Source of the DNA: Yuukianura sp. NJ FZ-2021
Lineage: Eukaryota
Assembly: GCA_046563655.1 (NCBI GenBank)
Contig: CM102290.1
Coordinates: 10,292,001 to 10,356,000, forward strand
Length of the DNA stretch: 64,000 bases
Reading direction: 5' to 3'
The notes under the pieces: model-generated
What the model was told of the DNA's origin: nothing
What the model saw: only the letters and a program-made list of their open reading frames with translations
The model's database searches: none
Shown: piece after piece, positions 23,155 through 37,400 of the stretch
Position numbering within the stretch: position 1 is the first letter of the stretch
Layout of the letters: every line of letters starts with the position of its first letter
Translations under genes and position numbers: made by a program

Positions 23155-26100
23155 AAATTTGTCCTTAAATTCAAAAATCTGAGCATTATTGAAACAATGC
23201 TGTTAAGATATTACTTAGAACCTTAAGAAATAATTAAAACCAAGTCAAAAACAAGTGCCTCCCCTTGACTTTCCATAGAAATCAAACACAAAGTGTCATC
23301 ATCTTCCTTTGGCGCGTGTCCGTTTGTGTAGGAAGGAACAAAGGGAGCCCTTTAAGGGCTCACCCACATACGAACCAGATGGCACGTGCCAAAGGGCCCT
23401 TTGTTCTTCCTCCCTCACGTTTCTCAAAGCACCCTTAAGGGCCTCAACGGATCAATACGCACATCCTCATTCTCCAGATGCTACACAGACAAGACTCTTT
23501 CCAATAACTAAAAAAAATTTGCTATTTGTTCGTCCGTCTGTGAGTTGTGCTTTTGAGTCTTTGCGTATAACGCGATTTGCATGCCTGAACCAGCGAGACT
23601 TTCAATAACTAATTGTAAATTAGGTTAGGATATGAAAACTCAACAATGTACACGATTTAGAGCAAATCTGGGCTGCTTAAGATGCTAAACACGGCATAAA
23701 TCGGTACTATTAAGGAGCAGGTTTGCTATTCTCGGAAAAATAAAGTGGTCAAAATTTTTGGAAAGCATTAAAACAGTTTTCGAAAAATTGTTCAACGGTA
23801 GAAATCATGAATAGGACGGACAGGTATGGGGCGTTGCCCCGGTGCGAAACTTTTGCATTCTCGTCTTGTAAGGAAAAATATAAAAAAAAAAGACGATTTT
23901 GCGTCACTTTTTCATCTTACTTTACTAAATTAGGATTAAACTGAAACCTGGCCTGAAATGAAATCAAACTTTTTTTTGGAAGAATCGACAGTGGAGTGTC
24001 TTTGTTTTTGAAAATTGGTTTGTTTGCGGAATGCTTTGTGTCGTGTCTTTTGTTTGGATCGTGACAGTTGAGTGGGAGGCTGCATCTGGTTGTACTAAAT
24101 GAACCACCGGATGTAACCCCCACCCTTCCAGCACAAAATCCAGTAGCACATTCACAACAGATCCTTTCAAAAATTCCCTCTTCCACCCGCACTTCCGCCA
24201 TTTCCATCCCCCTCCATGTCCAAAAATCAAAAGAAAAACTTCAGTTTCTATCCCTTTGCAACAGTTTCAACTTTCCACTGGACCAGACGCCGCTCCAGCT
24301 CTTTAATCTAAACAAATTGTCAAACAAATCCAAACTTGGAAAAAGTTCACTCCAAGTCGTAAAAAGAGTAACTCAAAGTTGTGAAAAAGCGTAAAGCATA
24401 AATACGACAAGGCCAGTTTGTGCGAGAAAAAAAAATTCAAACGTTTAAAAAACTTAAATGTTGTTAAACTTTTTTAAACGCGAAAGCTGTTTTGGAAGGT
24501 AAAACAAAGTTTTCGACTTTTCAATTTTCAAAAGACTTCCAAACAATTTTGGAAACCAAAAGTTGATACTTTGTGAAGCCGTTTTCGACTCCTTATTGGA
24601 GAAACAGACGATCCGTGAATGATTGAAAAGTGAAAAGTCGTTATGTTTGCAAAAGTTGTGTGACCTTATTTGGTTTGTGTGACCCTGCGTCACCAACTTG
24701 GTTCGTCTAATTGCAAAGTTGAGAAGGAATCGTGGAAGTTGACACTATTGGCTACCATTTGCTTTGTGATTTAGAAGGTTTGCAGTGTCTTTTGATGTTC
24801 ATTGCAGTACTTCATGACTAAGTGCGTGTAATTAGAACTGCTGAGTGTCTGTTGTGGGTGATTAGAACACAATCAGTCTTATAAATCCTCCTGGAACAAT
24901 GGGATTGGGCTGATACGTACAGAAAAGGTCCCTGCTCCCTACAGTAAGTCCAGTTCCTCGAAACAATTGACAGTGATAAGGCACCGCTCGTGCTCAACAG
25001 ACTTCCTGGAAGACTCAAATCAGAATTTCAGTGCTAATGCAGCCTTAGTCACACAGGTCAGAGGTGATCTAGGCAGCAGCATCCCTAAAACTAACAAGTT
25101 CATACTGGGGTAAGTTGAGACTGAAACCCTGAGAGAATTGTGAGTTTTTTAGAATTCGGGTTTAAAACTTCTAGCATAACAGAATTTTACGATTGTTTGT
25201 GTGACCTGCTTTGCAAGTGCTAAAAGTGACCTCTGACATTCTTTTGAACTTTTATAGCGTCTTTAACAGTTTTAACGACCGCCGAAATGTGATTCCCTGT
25301 GATTCTGGGAACCTATTGTTCAACATAAGCATTAACTTATGATATGTAAGTTACACACAAGATGTTTATGCGGAAGAAGCGCCGAGTCAGCGCACAAACC
25401 AACAGCGTTTAAACACGTGACCTTGCCGGAAAGAAGCGTTGACTCAAGAATTGGGAATTCAAATTCAAGTCGTAAATTTACGCAAGGGAACGCTATAAAT
25501 AACGGCTATTCTCAGACACTGTGAGTAATCTCCACATCACACATTTTCAAAAATTAACAACAAAAAGATCAACAGCAAAGAGGTAAACAAAGCTCTATTC
25601 GGTTTCCAAACAATTTGAACATCGAAACGAGCGTTAAGCACTTTAACAGAGGTTAGGATAACCATGTTGACCATTTTTCCGTGGGTGTTTTTGGTGTTGA
25701 CCGCGGTGGTTCAAAAAAATGTCAAAGTCAATAATAAGTGGAGTCCACTTGGAAAGAAATTAAGTGGATTTGAACAGCATTGTTCCAGATGGAGATTTAC
25801 TTCCTCCGTCCACAGAGAAATTTCAACAACCCTCTCGCAATCTGTTCAAACAAACCATTCTCAACTTCAATTTTTTAAAACAGATTTTTTAAAAAAGGTT
25901 GTAGAAAGTTGTTGAGAATTAGTACGTTAGATACTTTTAAAAAGAAAACTTTCTAACTCGACCCATACTTTCCAACTTTTTGCTTTGTTTCTTCCTGTTT
26001 TTTTTTAAACTTGTGTAAATTGCTTTAATTGGGTTGATTTGAGATCAAGGGCCCCTGTCATTGTCACTTTGAGGCTGGAAGGAGGGCCCTTGGGAACCGA

Positions 26101-27334
26101 TCTCCCAGTTCCTAATTAAACTCTGAATACAGTGTTAAGTGAACTGATTTTTTAGAGAGTTCTCACAGAGGGGTCCTTAAGGGCCCTTTCTCCTGCTGGT
26201 CCAAGTGAACTCTTTCTTGAGACCTTTCTCACAGGTTAAGATCCAGTAGTTTGGAAAAAACTTTCTCACACTTTCATTTCTTTCAAAATTCCAAAGGCAA
26301 GGGGCCCTTTTCATTTTGAAAGACCTCAAACTCTCCCTTTCCCTCCGAATTTCAGTTCCCAGAGGCCCCTTCATCCCTTTTTACAAGAAATTGCACCAAA
26401 ACTCCTCTGATTTTGACAAACCTGGTTTGATTTCGACTCAATGAACAAAACACGTGAAAACATTTAAAAAAAAGTGAATTCAAAACAAAATCGATGCATT
26501 GCTTAACCAAAACTGGAGGTTTTGGTTTTGAGTCAAGCCAAAGGATCAAAATCAAACCAATTTTCGAATTCAAATCAACATCAAAATTTTTTTTTAATTT
26601 GGCGCAGAAATAACAATAATTTGGAAGTTGGCAATGAAAAAGAAAGTTTGCGAAAATCCTGTTGATCTAAGCGATTATGTATTAATTTTGTTTGGCGCTC
26701 GAAAGAGAAATTTTCACACAAAGTTTTTGCATTTAAATGTTGCGCAACTTGATATGTCAAACCACCACAAAAAACAATAAACTTTAGTCCTAAATCTGTC
26801 ATCGAGCCAACACTACTGCCTCTGTGCGTTCCTTCCACTGCTGACCATTTTGTCGTGTTACAAATTTGCCATGGAGTTGACGCAGACGTATCGAAGCAGA
26901 GTGACTGTAAAAAACCACTTCCAACGTCGAAGAAAGCGCCACTTTCATGGACAGCTTCTGAGCTACCAGGGGCAGCTGGTTCTCGTCTTTGTGAGCACGG
27001 GCCAAAGGGCCCAGGGAGCCCTTCACTCTCCTTTGTTCGAATCTAACTTCCCCTACATCACAATTCCATCCGAAGGGCCCCCTTCCTTCCTTCCTTCCGG
27101 ATTCCGATTCCCACCCAGAGGGTCCCTTCGGAACTAACGACCAAAAATTCCTCAACCAGTCACCTAGCAGCGTCCTTAGAGAAAACTTCACAAAATAACG
27201 GAGCACAATTTTTAAAATCCAAGTTTCAGAAAGTTTAAAAAACGTCTTTTGAGAAAAAAAGTAGTTTAAAGTTCAAAAACTAATGTCATAATTTAAAAAC
27301 TAATATTTTTTCTGAACAGACCGTGGAACTCAAA

Positions 27335-30300
27335 ATGGCCACCGCGACGCCAGTGTTAACGTACTTTCAGCGACGAATGTCACCTTCGTTCCTCCCGTGT
27401 GACTCAGACTCGTCATGCTCAACATCCTGGGAATTTTGCAGTGCTCCCTGTTCAACCGACGTTTGTTCAAACAGACGTCTGTGTTCAAACGAACCCGGTT
27501 CAAACAAAAGTCTACATTCACCCTATTCAAACACAATTCCAGAAGACAGTGAGATTGTCCACTTCCGCTCTCCACTGTCCTCGTCAACCCCAGTGACACT
27601 TCGACATCTCGGTTCACCAGAGTGGTTGCGAGGAAACGCAAGTAGCCACTCCTCAGCCAGTTCCTCCGGAAGTCACCGAAGTCACGACTCAGGATTCCTC
27701 GATTCGGTGGAACTACGCAGACGTGAGAGAGGGTCTGGGCGTATCTCACACGGTGATCTGCACTCCAGCAAATCCAATTCTGCACATGTGTCGGAGACTA
27801 CTTATGCCCAAATAATGCACACAACTCCTACAGAGACGAATGATGTCCATCTAGTCACAAGTAGAAGTAGAAGCCAATCATCGTCCAGTAAGAAATCAGT
27901 GTCACCGAACCTATGTCATGTGATTAACAACTTTGAAAGTCTGAACAAAAACATGCGGAGTGAGAAGGATAGGAACAACAATAGCGGTAACACTCAAACC
28001 CCAGTGGCCAGCCGTCACGGGTCAAGGTCAAAGGTCACGTCAGATGACAATACAAGGCCAAGGGACACCTCAGGGGACAAGTCCCGATCCAATTCCAAAT
28101 CATCTCTTCCCACAACTAAACTAGAAGATCGGTTTTCTACACAAATTGAATCTGTACAAACACCTTTAAGCTTAACAGATCAACGCAGTGAGTCTACAGA
28201 GGTTGTACGCAGAAGCAAAGTACGTTTGTCACAAGAAGACCAATGCACAGTAACTTCTGCGCAGGACAGCACCAGATCTAGTCAAAACGAAAAACGAGAA
28301 CAATGGCCAAAGGCATTCCTTTGCACAGGATTCCGAACAGATTCAGGAAATCGAAGCAGCATAGAAATTCCCGCAAAAATAAAATCTCATTTTGAAAATG
28401 AAGCTATGCGTCATTGGTTGTATGAATTGCGATTCGAAGCAGAGCCTGAATGTCTCCATTCCCTCCAAGTAAAATCCTTAAGAAACAGTGCCGGTAATTT
28501 TAAATTTCAAAGATACGATTCAAACAGACAGTCAAGAAGGAATGGGAAATCCGAATCCCGAAAACCACTTTCACGGATTTTGGAATCAATTAGAGAAACG
28601 CAGAGTGTAACCGACTACATTTCAGTTCAAATATCTGCACTTTGGAAGTAAGTGAATTACAAAATTTGAGCATAATTGCAATTACAAATTACAATTAGAT
28701 TGCAATAACAACAATATGTAATACTGGATCCACACACTTTACTTACTAAAAATTTAACACAACGCGTCTGACATCTTTTGCGGCAAAACTGTACAACTCC
28801 CCTTTCACTTCTTTTCTTTGTTCAAAACCAGACTGCAAAAATCAGTTTGGTTCTCAGTTCATTTCAGTCCAACTTCAACAAAAAAAAATAGATTCAAAAT
28901 TTTCAACCTTGAAAAAGTTATCTTTTGACCACGGATGGTTAGGTAGAGTGTGATGGCCAAAGGTCGTAACTGGTTCTGCATAAAGAAAAGTAGGAAAAGC
29001 TTAACTGCATTTATGATGTACTTTTCTAAAAATAATCGGAAACTCCAATCAGTCTTAAAGATCTGCATGGTGTGATTTTCAAGTGGATTTTCACACCACA
29101 TTTAATTAATAATTGAGATCCGTCTTCACAGTACATAGCGATTAAGTAGTAATCCACATATGCAAAAGCCCCAAGGACTTAATTCAACTTTTTACGAATG
29201 AATTGCTTTATGCCATAAAATTTCTCTCCTTCCCATAAGCAATAGAACGATATTTGTGGCCAAAATGACCTTCGACCTTCTAAAAAAAAATTAAACACAA
29301 GATTTCTAAATTGACAAATTAAAACAGCTTAAAAATTCCCAAATTAAGAACATGATCGCAGAATAAGAATGTAATTTTGATTTCTGAAATTTTACAGACA
29401 TTTGGAAGCCGACAGTTTCGAAAACGTTTCCAAATCGATTTTGGACTTGGTCAGCGTAGTAGAAACGTTTTTAAAAAATGGCTGGGAAACACATGACCGA
29501 AACTTGGCTGAATTAGAGTACAACCTTTCAGCCGCCTGCTCCCAACTACGCATGACAGTTGCTTCTGCTGGACGCAAGGCTGCTCGCCGGTTCAGTCACA
29601 TTCTAGAAAACTTCCAGCTAAACTTTGACAGTTCCAATGGAATCAAAAAGGAGGTGGACTCATATGCTGCAACTATGGAAACAGACAATGTTGCAGAAAT
29701 CGCTGAACGACTTCTACACCTACGCAGAACAGTTGACCTCGTGTCATGTCATCGTCTAAGACATGACCTCAGCGCCATTTTAGACTTCGTTGGAACTGAC
29801 CGTCGTTTGAGTCATTTGGCTCTGCAAATCCTGGCCACGGTACTCTACGACGGTGGAACGGCGCTATGCCGGCTCGCTGCGAGTCTACGCACGGTACGTG
29901 CGATGCTGAGCGCCTTGATTGACGGTAGAGATGAAATGGAGAAAGTCTATGCCCTACGCTCATTGGCCACAATACTATGCATTGGAGAAGCAGTCAACGA
30001 CTTTGACAAGGTGGGAAATTCAAAAAGTTTAAAATCTAAAAAATTTAGAATTCGCAGTAAGTATTACGTTTTTGAAAACGAGAAAAAAGCATGAAATCAT
30101 GGTCCAGGGAAACCTGGTCCGTTTTAGGGAAGTTTTTGCGGTTTAATAATTCCAGGACCAGGGTAACCATAAAACCACATTTGAATTTTGCCGCAAAAAT
30201 TTTTTGAATTTGGTGAAGGTTATCTCCACTTAATTTTGATTACAAATTTCGTCTTGATTTGAAGTCAATGGCCTTGTATATTTACCATCACACCGAAAAA

Positions 30301-31498
30301 TGCGTCTTAAATTTTTATGTATTGCCTTCAGTCCAGAACTTTAAAATCTATAATAACGATTTTAAAAATTTCAGGCGGGAGGATTCGAAATCATTGCCGA
30401 CATTTTGCAAGATGACACCCACGGTCCGTTGTTAAAAATTGAAGCAGTTGCAGTACTAACACAAGCAACCGATCCATGGATTGACCTTGACACAACTCTC
30501 ACCACCCTTGGCACTCATCTCCACCGACTCGTCTTCTGTCTCTCAAGTATTTCAAAAACAGTTCTGCCAAAAACTTTGCTAAAAATCGAATTTTGAAACA
30601 GTTTAAATTTTCTACGCAGGACTCATTCCGCAATGTGCATCAAACGAAGACAGTTTTCTCTTGACTGTTGCCGCCATTTCAAACTTAACATTTTTAGAAC
30701 TGAGCTCCATGGAGCTTCTGCGTGCCTTTCAAACCATTTCCCTCATCACGTCTGCCTTAAAACGCAAGTCCGATTTCTCCGTCTTTGTACTCGACCACGT
30801 AAGTAACAATACGCAAAATTTGAAAAATGTAAATTTATGAAAAATGAGAATTTTTTTTTAAAGGTGTCCACCATTTTTGCAAACATGGCTGGAATCGAGA
30901 GCTGTCGAGAAGAAATCGTGGGGAATGGTGGGATCGAATTGCTCACAGAATTTCTGCATGTTTCGCCAATTGGTCGTCGGTCAGCAGCAGAAATTACTGC
31001 GACGGAACGCCTTCAACAAAAATCCACAATTGCCATCTCAAGGTTAGCTTCTAGAAGACAATTTTCAAAATTTCAGAATTTGACAAAGTTTTGAATTTTG
31101 TAGGTTGGCCAGTGAGGACGGAGTGGCCGATTTGTTTCTAGAACTTGGTGGAATTCATCGTTTAGTTCAACTCTCTCGGGGCGAAAGAGATCGGAACTAC
31201 TCCGACGGAGTTCTCATTGCAGCTCTCGTAATTTCTAACATTTCAAATCTAATCTAAAAAAAAACTGTCTTCAAAATTTCAAAATTCTAGTTTTGAAAAG
31301 TCAGTAAGAATTTTGGAATTTTGAAAACCGAACTTGTTCTAAAACGGAATTGTTTGAACTCTGTAGGCCACTTTGAGGAAGTTGGTTTCCATTTGTGGGA
31401 AGGAAGTAATCCAGGAATTGAGAGCGGAAGAACTGATCCAACCGCGTCTTCTCGACTCCTTCCTCCTCTTTTCATCCAGACAAGAAAGTTATGTTTAA
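27335..31498 (+). CDS. insc: Inscuteable spindle-orientation adaptor
   Basis: Ser-rich N-terminus. LGN/Pins-binding motif AMRHWLYELRFEAEPECLHSLQVKSL. ARM-like helical exons at ~29398-30010, 30375-30546, 30621-30798, 30864-31042 and 31104-31227. C-terminal PDZ-binding end SSRQESYV*. Confidence 0.92.
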
Positions 31499-34400
31499 AA
31501 AATTGGTCAAACAAAATAAAAAAAATACGCAACAAAACAAACAAACAAAAGTTAAAAACAATCCCAGAAGAATGTTTTAAAAATCTCATGTGCTTTTGTA
31601 CATCACCAATGTCAAAAATGTAATTAGTTGTACTTTTGTAACTATTTTCATCGTACCATTTTGTACAAATAAACTGAAAATATTTTCGTTTTAATCTAAA
31701 AACCCAAAAGAAATCTTCTCCTTCAATCTGTTTCTCAAGAATTCTGTTCCTGACACATGTAAGGAGGTGTAACTGTTATACACGATGTATCACAATATAT
31801 GTAACACGTCAATTCCATGTATTATTGACATTACAACTCCAATTTTTGACGACAAGATGCACATAAATTAGAAGTCGAGATGTAATGATGTAAAGTAAAA
31901 TTGTGGAGGTTATCTTGACTCAGTTGCCCTTTTGTCATTCCTCACTACTCAAAACAAACGAGATTAAGTTTAACTTCCTTGTCCAACATGTGCAGAAATT
32001 TCACAAACTTAACCTAACCTAGCACAACTTAACCTTCAATCAACCTTAACCTATGACCTCATCCCCCCTCTGGTCAAGGGTAACTCACTAGCAACGTGAC
32101 AAAACATTCAACATTTTACGACTATGCTGATTCAAATTTTGCAAAGTTCCAAACTTCAATTTGCAAATTGTTGTAAGTAGAATAGCAACAACAAGCAAGA
32201 GATGATTTTCTCAAAAAAGTTCACCAAGTAGGTTAATTTGTGTTTTCCTATTGGAAAACTCAGGCAACTTTTTTAAAATTCAAAATTTTAAATGAACAAA
32301 AAAAAAATGAAAAATGACCTTTAAATGCGCTTAAACTAGTTTTTTTTTCTAGTGTGAATTTGTGGGAAAACTTTGGAACTCAGACACGAGGAGGTATGGG
32401 AATCTCTACTTTGATCAACCTTAGCTCCTTGAGCTTCATCCAAATTCTGCTGCCTCTCTATTATCAAAGTGCAAGTGCATGTTTTTTGCACATCTTTTTT
32501 GCACACATTCGCATGTCCACTTTGACGGCCTACTGCAAAACTCCATCTCAGGAGAGAACATAATAATATTAATGGAAAAAGTACTGGCCACTTGTGAGAG
32601 CTACGTCGAAGGTCAACAATCATATTCTTCCTCCTTCACACATCCATAACTCTCTTCAAAGTTCAAAATTTTCAATTCTCACAAAAAAATTTTTTTTAAA
32701 TTGATTCCAGAATCCGAAAAACAATAAAAATTGAAAACCTATTCCAAGCTACAAACAGAGAGATATTTGTTCTGGAAATGCCGAATTCGCTTTGAAAATG
32801 AGCAACTTAAAACTGAACCAAGAACATCAAAATAACGTTTTCAAAACTCTTCGCAAAATTACTTTTGAAAAATTCAAAGATTTCAAAAATTGAATACGAA
32901 TCTTAAAAATCCCAAAATTCAAAACCTTAGACCAATCAAGAAACAAAGAAACGTCAATTTTTGTTAAATAAATCCAAACAAAATAGAAAAATAGAAAGAA
33001 AAAAATCACTAAATCTCAACTGCAAATTCATCAAAATAACCTCGATTTCAAAACTATTTTTAGTAAAAGCTTGAAAATTTTCTTCAAAACGAGAAAATAT
33101 GAATCTAATTTGTTTAGAAATATTTCTCGGAAATAAACAAAAAAAAGACGAACATTGGCAAAATTTAATTTGTGCCTGCGTGCAGCGGCTTAAAGGAGAA
33201 AATTGACGTGTGAACTGGTGAATCGTGTAGCGAGTAATTATTTTTTTTCTACCAAGTCCAGAATTGGCCACTCTACTAAAAACTAAGCCACGAAGTCGAA
33301 CTGTGAACGAAAGCGACGTAGAAATTTAAATTTTTAGGTGGGAACTGTGCCAACTTTCAAGGGCAACACTTTAAGCTCAGAGGTCGTCTTTACCCAATGT
33401 TACTTACATTTTTTGCGCTTCATTTTAAATCGACTGGAAACAACTGTACGTGTAAGTTGGACTTTGAGTAACTGCGCATGTCCAAGAGAAAATTACGAGG
33501 CGAGGAACAGGGTTTTTTTTAATCTAACTGCTTATAGTCCCACGTGCTCTGGCACATTTTCTTGCAAATTGTGATTTGTGCATTTTTCCAAGTGCATCGT
33601 AAATGTACCAGTGTATCTAAGCAGGATCTTCCAGAAGTTGGTCTCTCTGAAGGAAGAACCTTGGACTTCAAAGTTATCCATAGGAGCTGAGAGACCTTGG
33701 CACAGACTTGCCATGCCACTGCCACTATCTTTTACCCCTTTCTATCCATGTGTTTACAAACATTGTTTTCATACTATCAAACTCACCCACTTTTGGCAAA
33801 AGTTGCAAAAAATCACCGACTTTTTGCAACAAACAGTTCTAACGACATACAAAGTCTTTGACCTCTCGAAATGGACCAACAACAAAATCTTCTCCGGAAC
33901 AAAATTACGAAAAATTGGGCATATCCAGTATAATCTGAGCAAAAAAAAAGCAAAGATAAAATACCTAATCAAAACTTTAGGCAAATCTTTAGCAAGAAAT
34001 CATGAAAAAGCTATGCAGAAGAAAAAATATACATAGAAAAGTGTATACATGAAAAACATTCTTTAAAAAAAACAGGAGAAATATTTCAAAAAAAAAAGTT
34101 TATGGGTGGAAAAGTTTAAAAAATGGTTTTTAAATATAAAAGTACTTTAAAAAAATCTTTATACATTAAAAAGTTTATACATAAGTTAGTAAACAAAAAT
34201 TCGCTGGAAATGCTGCTTTCCTATTGGTTGAAATTTCGTATAGTGGTGAAGGTTGTTGGTTGGTAATTCCGAAGTATAACCTTGGAGAGGCAAGAAATCA
34301 ACTCTGGATTGAAAAGTCCCCGTGACTAATTCATTTGTGGCCTTTTAAATGAATAACTCCGATTAATACTCTTTCGATTTTTTTTTCCAAACCACTCAAG

Positions 34401-37400
34401 TCCCTGTTTCCCTCGAAATTCGGATTTCCGGTTTTAACAAACACACATGCTGTATTACATACATTCATAAGATTCTTCTGCGAATTTTTTCCAATTCGAC
34501 CTCTAACAATCCTAGCGTCAACCGCACGACCAAAAAAAAAATCGCCAACTTATAGTCACAGCAGGCATCACTCAAAAACTTTGATGGCAAGATTATAAAA
34601 ACATTCAAACACACAAAAAAATTACAAATGGAATTTGAAATATTAGAAATAGCGGCAACACGAGCAAAATTTGGAGCAGCTAAAAGTCAATGTTCGTAAT
34701 TTCTTGGAAAAGTGGCATATAAGAGTGTTAGATATTATAGATTGATTTTTTGATTATTAGAAACGAATCTGTTGGATCGAAAAATCTTAGAAATTGAAAA
34801 ACAGCTTTTGAATTAACAGCGTAAATATCACAAACGTTGAAGCAAAAATTTGGAATTAGCCTAACAATATGAACTGAATTTTTTTTTAATTCACGTAAAA
34901 ATCGCAGAAATTGGGAAGATTTTTTTTTGAGTTTGCGTGCGAATATGAGAGATTACAAAGTGTGAAGATGATGAATGAATGAACTTGTATGGGAGGTTGT
35001 GGCGGTTGAATTTGAATTGGCGTAGTGCGTATACTAATGCATGTGTAGGTAGTGCAGTGTGGTTTTGTGATGAGTCAATTTCAATTAACTTTTGCGGGGA
35101 TCTGTGATTCTACCAACCAACTACCGCAGAAGTGGTTCCGAATCTTCACACGCCCCTTTACCCCTCAACTCATAACCCCGCTCCCCCTGACCCCTCAGTT
35201 GACCTCAGGTCACCTGAATTTTTAGCTTCTTTTTGAACCGATGCAGATGAGTTTTCATTTTGGATTGGTGGAGAATTGTTCTGTGCTGCTGGTTGCGGTT
35301 AAGCGGTATGGATGGAGGTATACCCTCTTTCCGCTCTTCCATCGGATTTAATTTCCACGGTATTTGCAAAAGCAAAAAAAGAAGAGAGTGTGTGAATTGC
35401 AATTAAGCGATAGGCTTCTGTTATCCACAACCTCCGCAACCCTCAAACCCAGATTACCCGGTTTTTGGTGGTGGGGCTCTCAGTTCCCATGGAGATAAGA
35501 CCCACTTCTACGAAACCCACCACCCATCATTCATTCGCACAATGTCAAGGATTCGCACCTCCACAACCGCAACTCTCCCACCAATTCAGATTTCGCCACA
35601 TGCTTTCTCTTCTATATCTGCTCTTTCACCCACAACCAACAGAAAGCACAAAACAAAAATTCTTGAAAAAGGAAAAATAAAAAAAAAAGAAAACTACAAA
35701 AAAAAATCTATTTTAAATAAGTGAAAAGTAAAACACAAACCCTACATTCAGATTTCAGCGAAAATGAACATTTCTGAATTCATAAAAATAGGCAAAATAT
35801 TCACAAAAAAAAAAGAAACTAATTCATGAATCAAATTTGGTGAAAATGAAGAATTTCTGCAACGAAATCATATATTCGTAGCGTGGGTCAATTTTTAATT
35901 AAAATGGTCAATTTTTTTTTTCAAAAAAGCTCAAATACAAATTCATGGTTGAGTTTTTAGTGGTTTTGAGTCGAAAAAAAAGTTCAACGTTTTCCATAAA
36001 ATGTCGTTTTTCGTCTAATTTTTTTCTGTTTAAAATGTTCAGTGGTTGAGGATGGGATGAAGCGATAACGAATTCATGTTTTGAATTTTGAATTTGTGGG
36101 AATTGCATTTGAAAATGAATCCTTTGTTTTATTTTTATTATCCAGCGGACTAATGTGGTTCTCAATTGACTTCCATGACCTATGACCACTTTGAATTTCC
36201 AATTCCAAGGGCTTATCACAGCAGGCTATCAGTCCCCTCCAGAACTTTCTAGGAGCCTTGTCCACTACGCCTAACCGCAACACCAATTAGTCCTTAGATG
36301 AATTGGCCCTTGGACTTGGTTAGATTTAGGTAACCTATCCTAACATAACTTAGGTCAAGATCGTGGGACCACAACAAGGGTCCCAGGCCTCCCAGTTCCT
36401 GTCTAAAAACACTATCTGACACTAACCTAACACAAGTACAGGCATGCGCAGAAGTCATCTTCCCTAATTACGAACAACCTAACCCAATTACTAACACCGT
36501 AAACCTAAACCTAACACTTCCATGATTAATCAACACAAACTTAATTAAAACATATCTCAAAATCCACTTCCTCTGCCCTATCCAATAGCTATTTTCGAGT
36601 CGAATTTTGACTAATTTGAACAAACGCCTAGCAAAGACTTGAGCCCATTCTTGTATAGCCCGCAGGTTCGGAATCTGTGCATTACCAAGCACCTAGCTGA
36701 CCAACTCCACAGCGACTGCGATTGTTGATGATTGATTGACGTTTCTTCTGAAGTTGGATTACGATCAAACGTCACTTTTTTTTTCCATGCCACAAAAACA
36801 GTTGGAGTTGAAGGCATGTAGAGAGATTTACTGGAAAGAAAATTTACAAAATTCGCCAAAAGTTGCCTACCTGTTGACAGCAAATTCGACCAAAAAAACG
36901 ATCCAGTGACCACCTTCTTCTCAGAACTAGTTTTTCCACGTACAGCCCTCTCCAGGGAACCACCCCTCCCCACCCCCTAACGTTTTACATGCCCACCCCA
37001 CCCCCACCACGCAACGGGAATTTCCAGGAGACTAGTTGACCTCCACCCTCGACTCAAATGACCCAGTAAGTATTAAATACTAGACGTTACAGCACATCAG
37101 ATATCATCGTCATTGCCTAACCTAATCAACAACACCGTAAATCCCATTTTAGTTTTTGTCTTAGGTTAGGTAACGTACTTGGATTAATCTAACCTTCTTT
37201 TTTAAGACTAACTTTAGACTAACAATAAAAAAAGACGTGTATAATAGCCTTTGTTGATTCTGGGAACAGAGATGGTAAGGAGATTGACCAGAGTAGAGGT
37301 GACCCTTCTGAGAATTCACAATAAAAAAAAAAGTAAAGATTCTGAAGGTGGAATCAGTTAACAACTTCACAAGAATCAACCAAAAAATTTTCGTCTAAAT

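Noticed and set aside
28655..28740. AATTAC/AATTGC short repeats in the insc intron
   Set aside because: Short low-complexity or TE remnant with no definable structure.
36320..36520. AACCT/TTAGG motifs as interstitial telomeric repeat
   Set aside because: Only scattered one- or two-copy motifs. Similar ones occur throughout the window and there is no true array.
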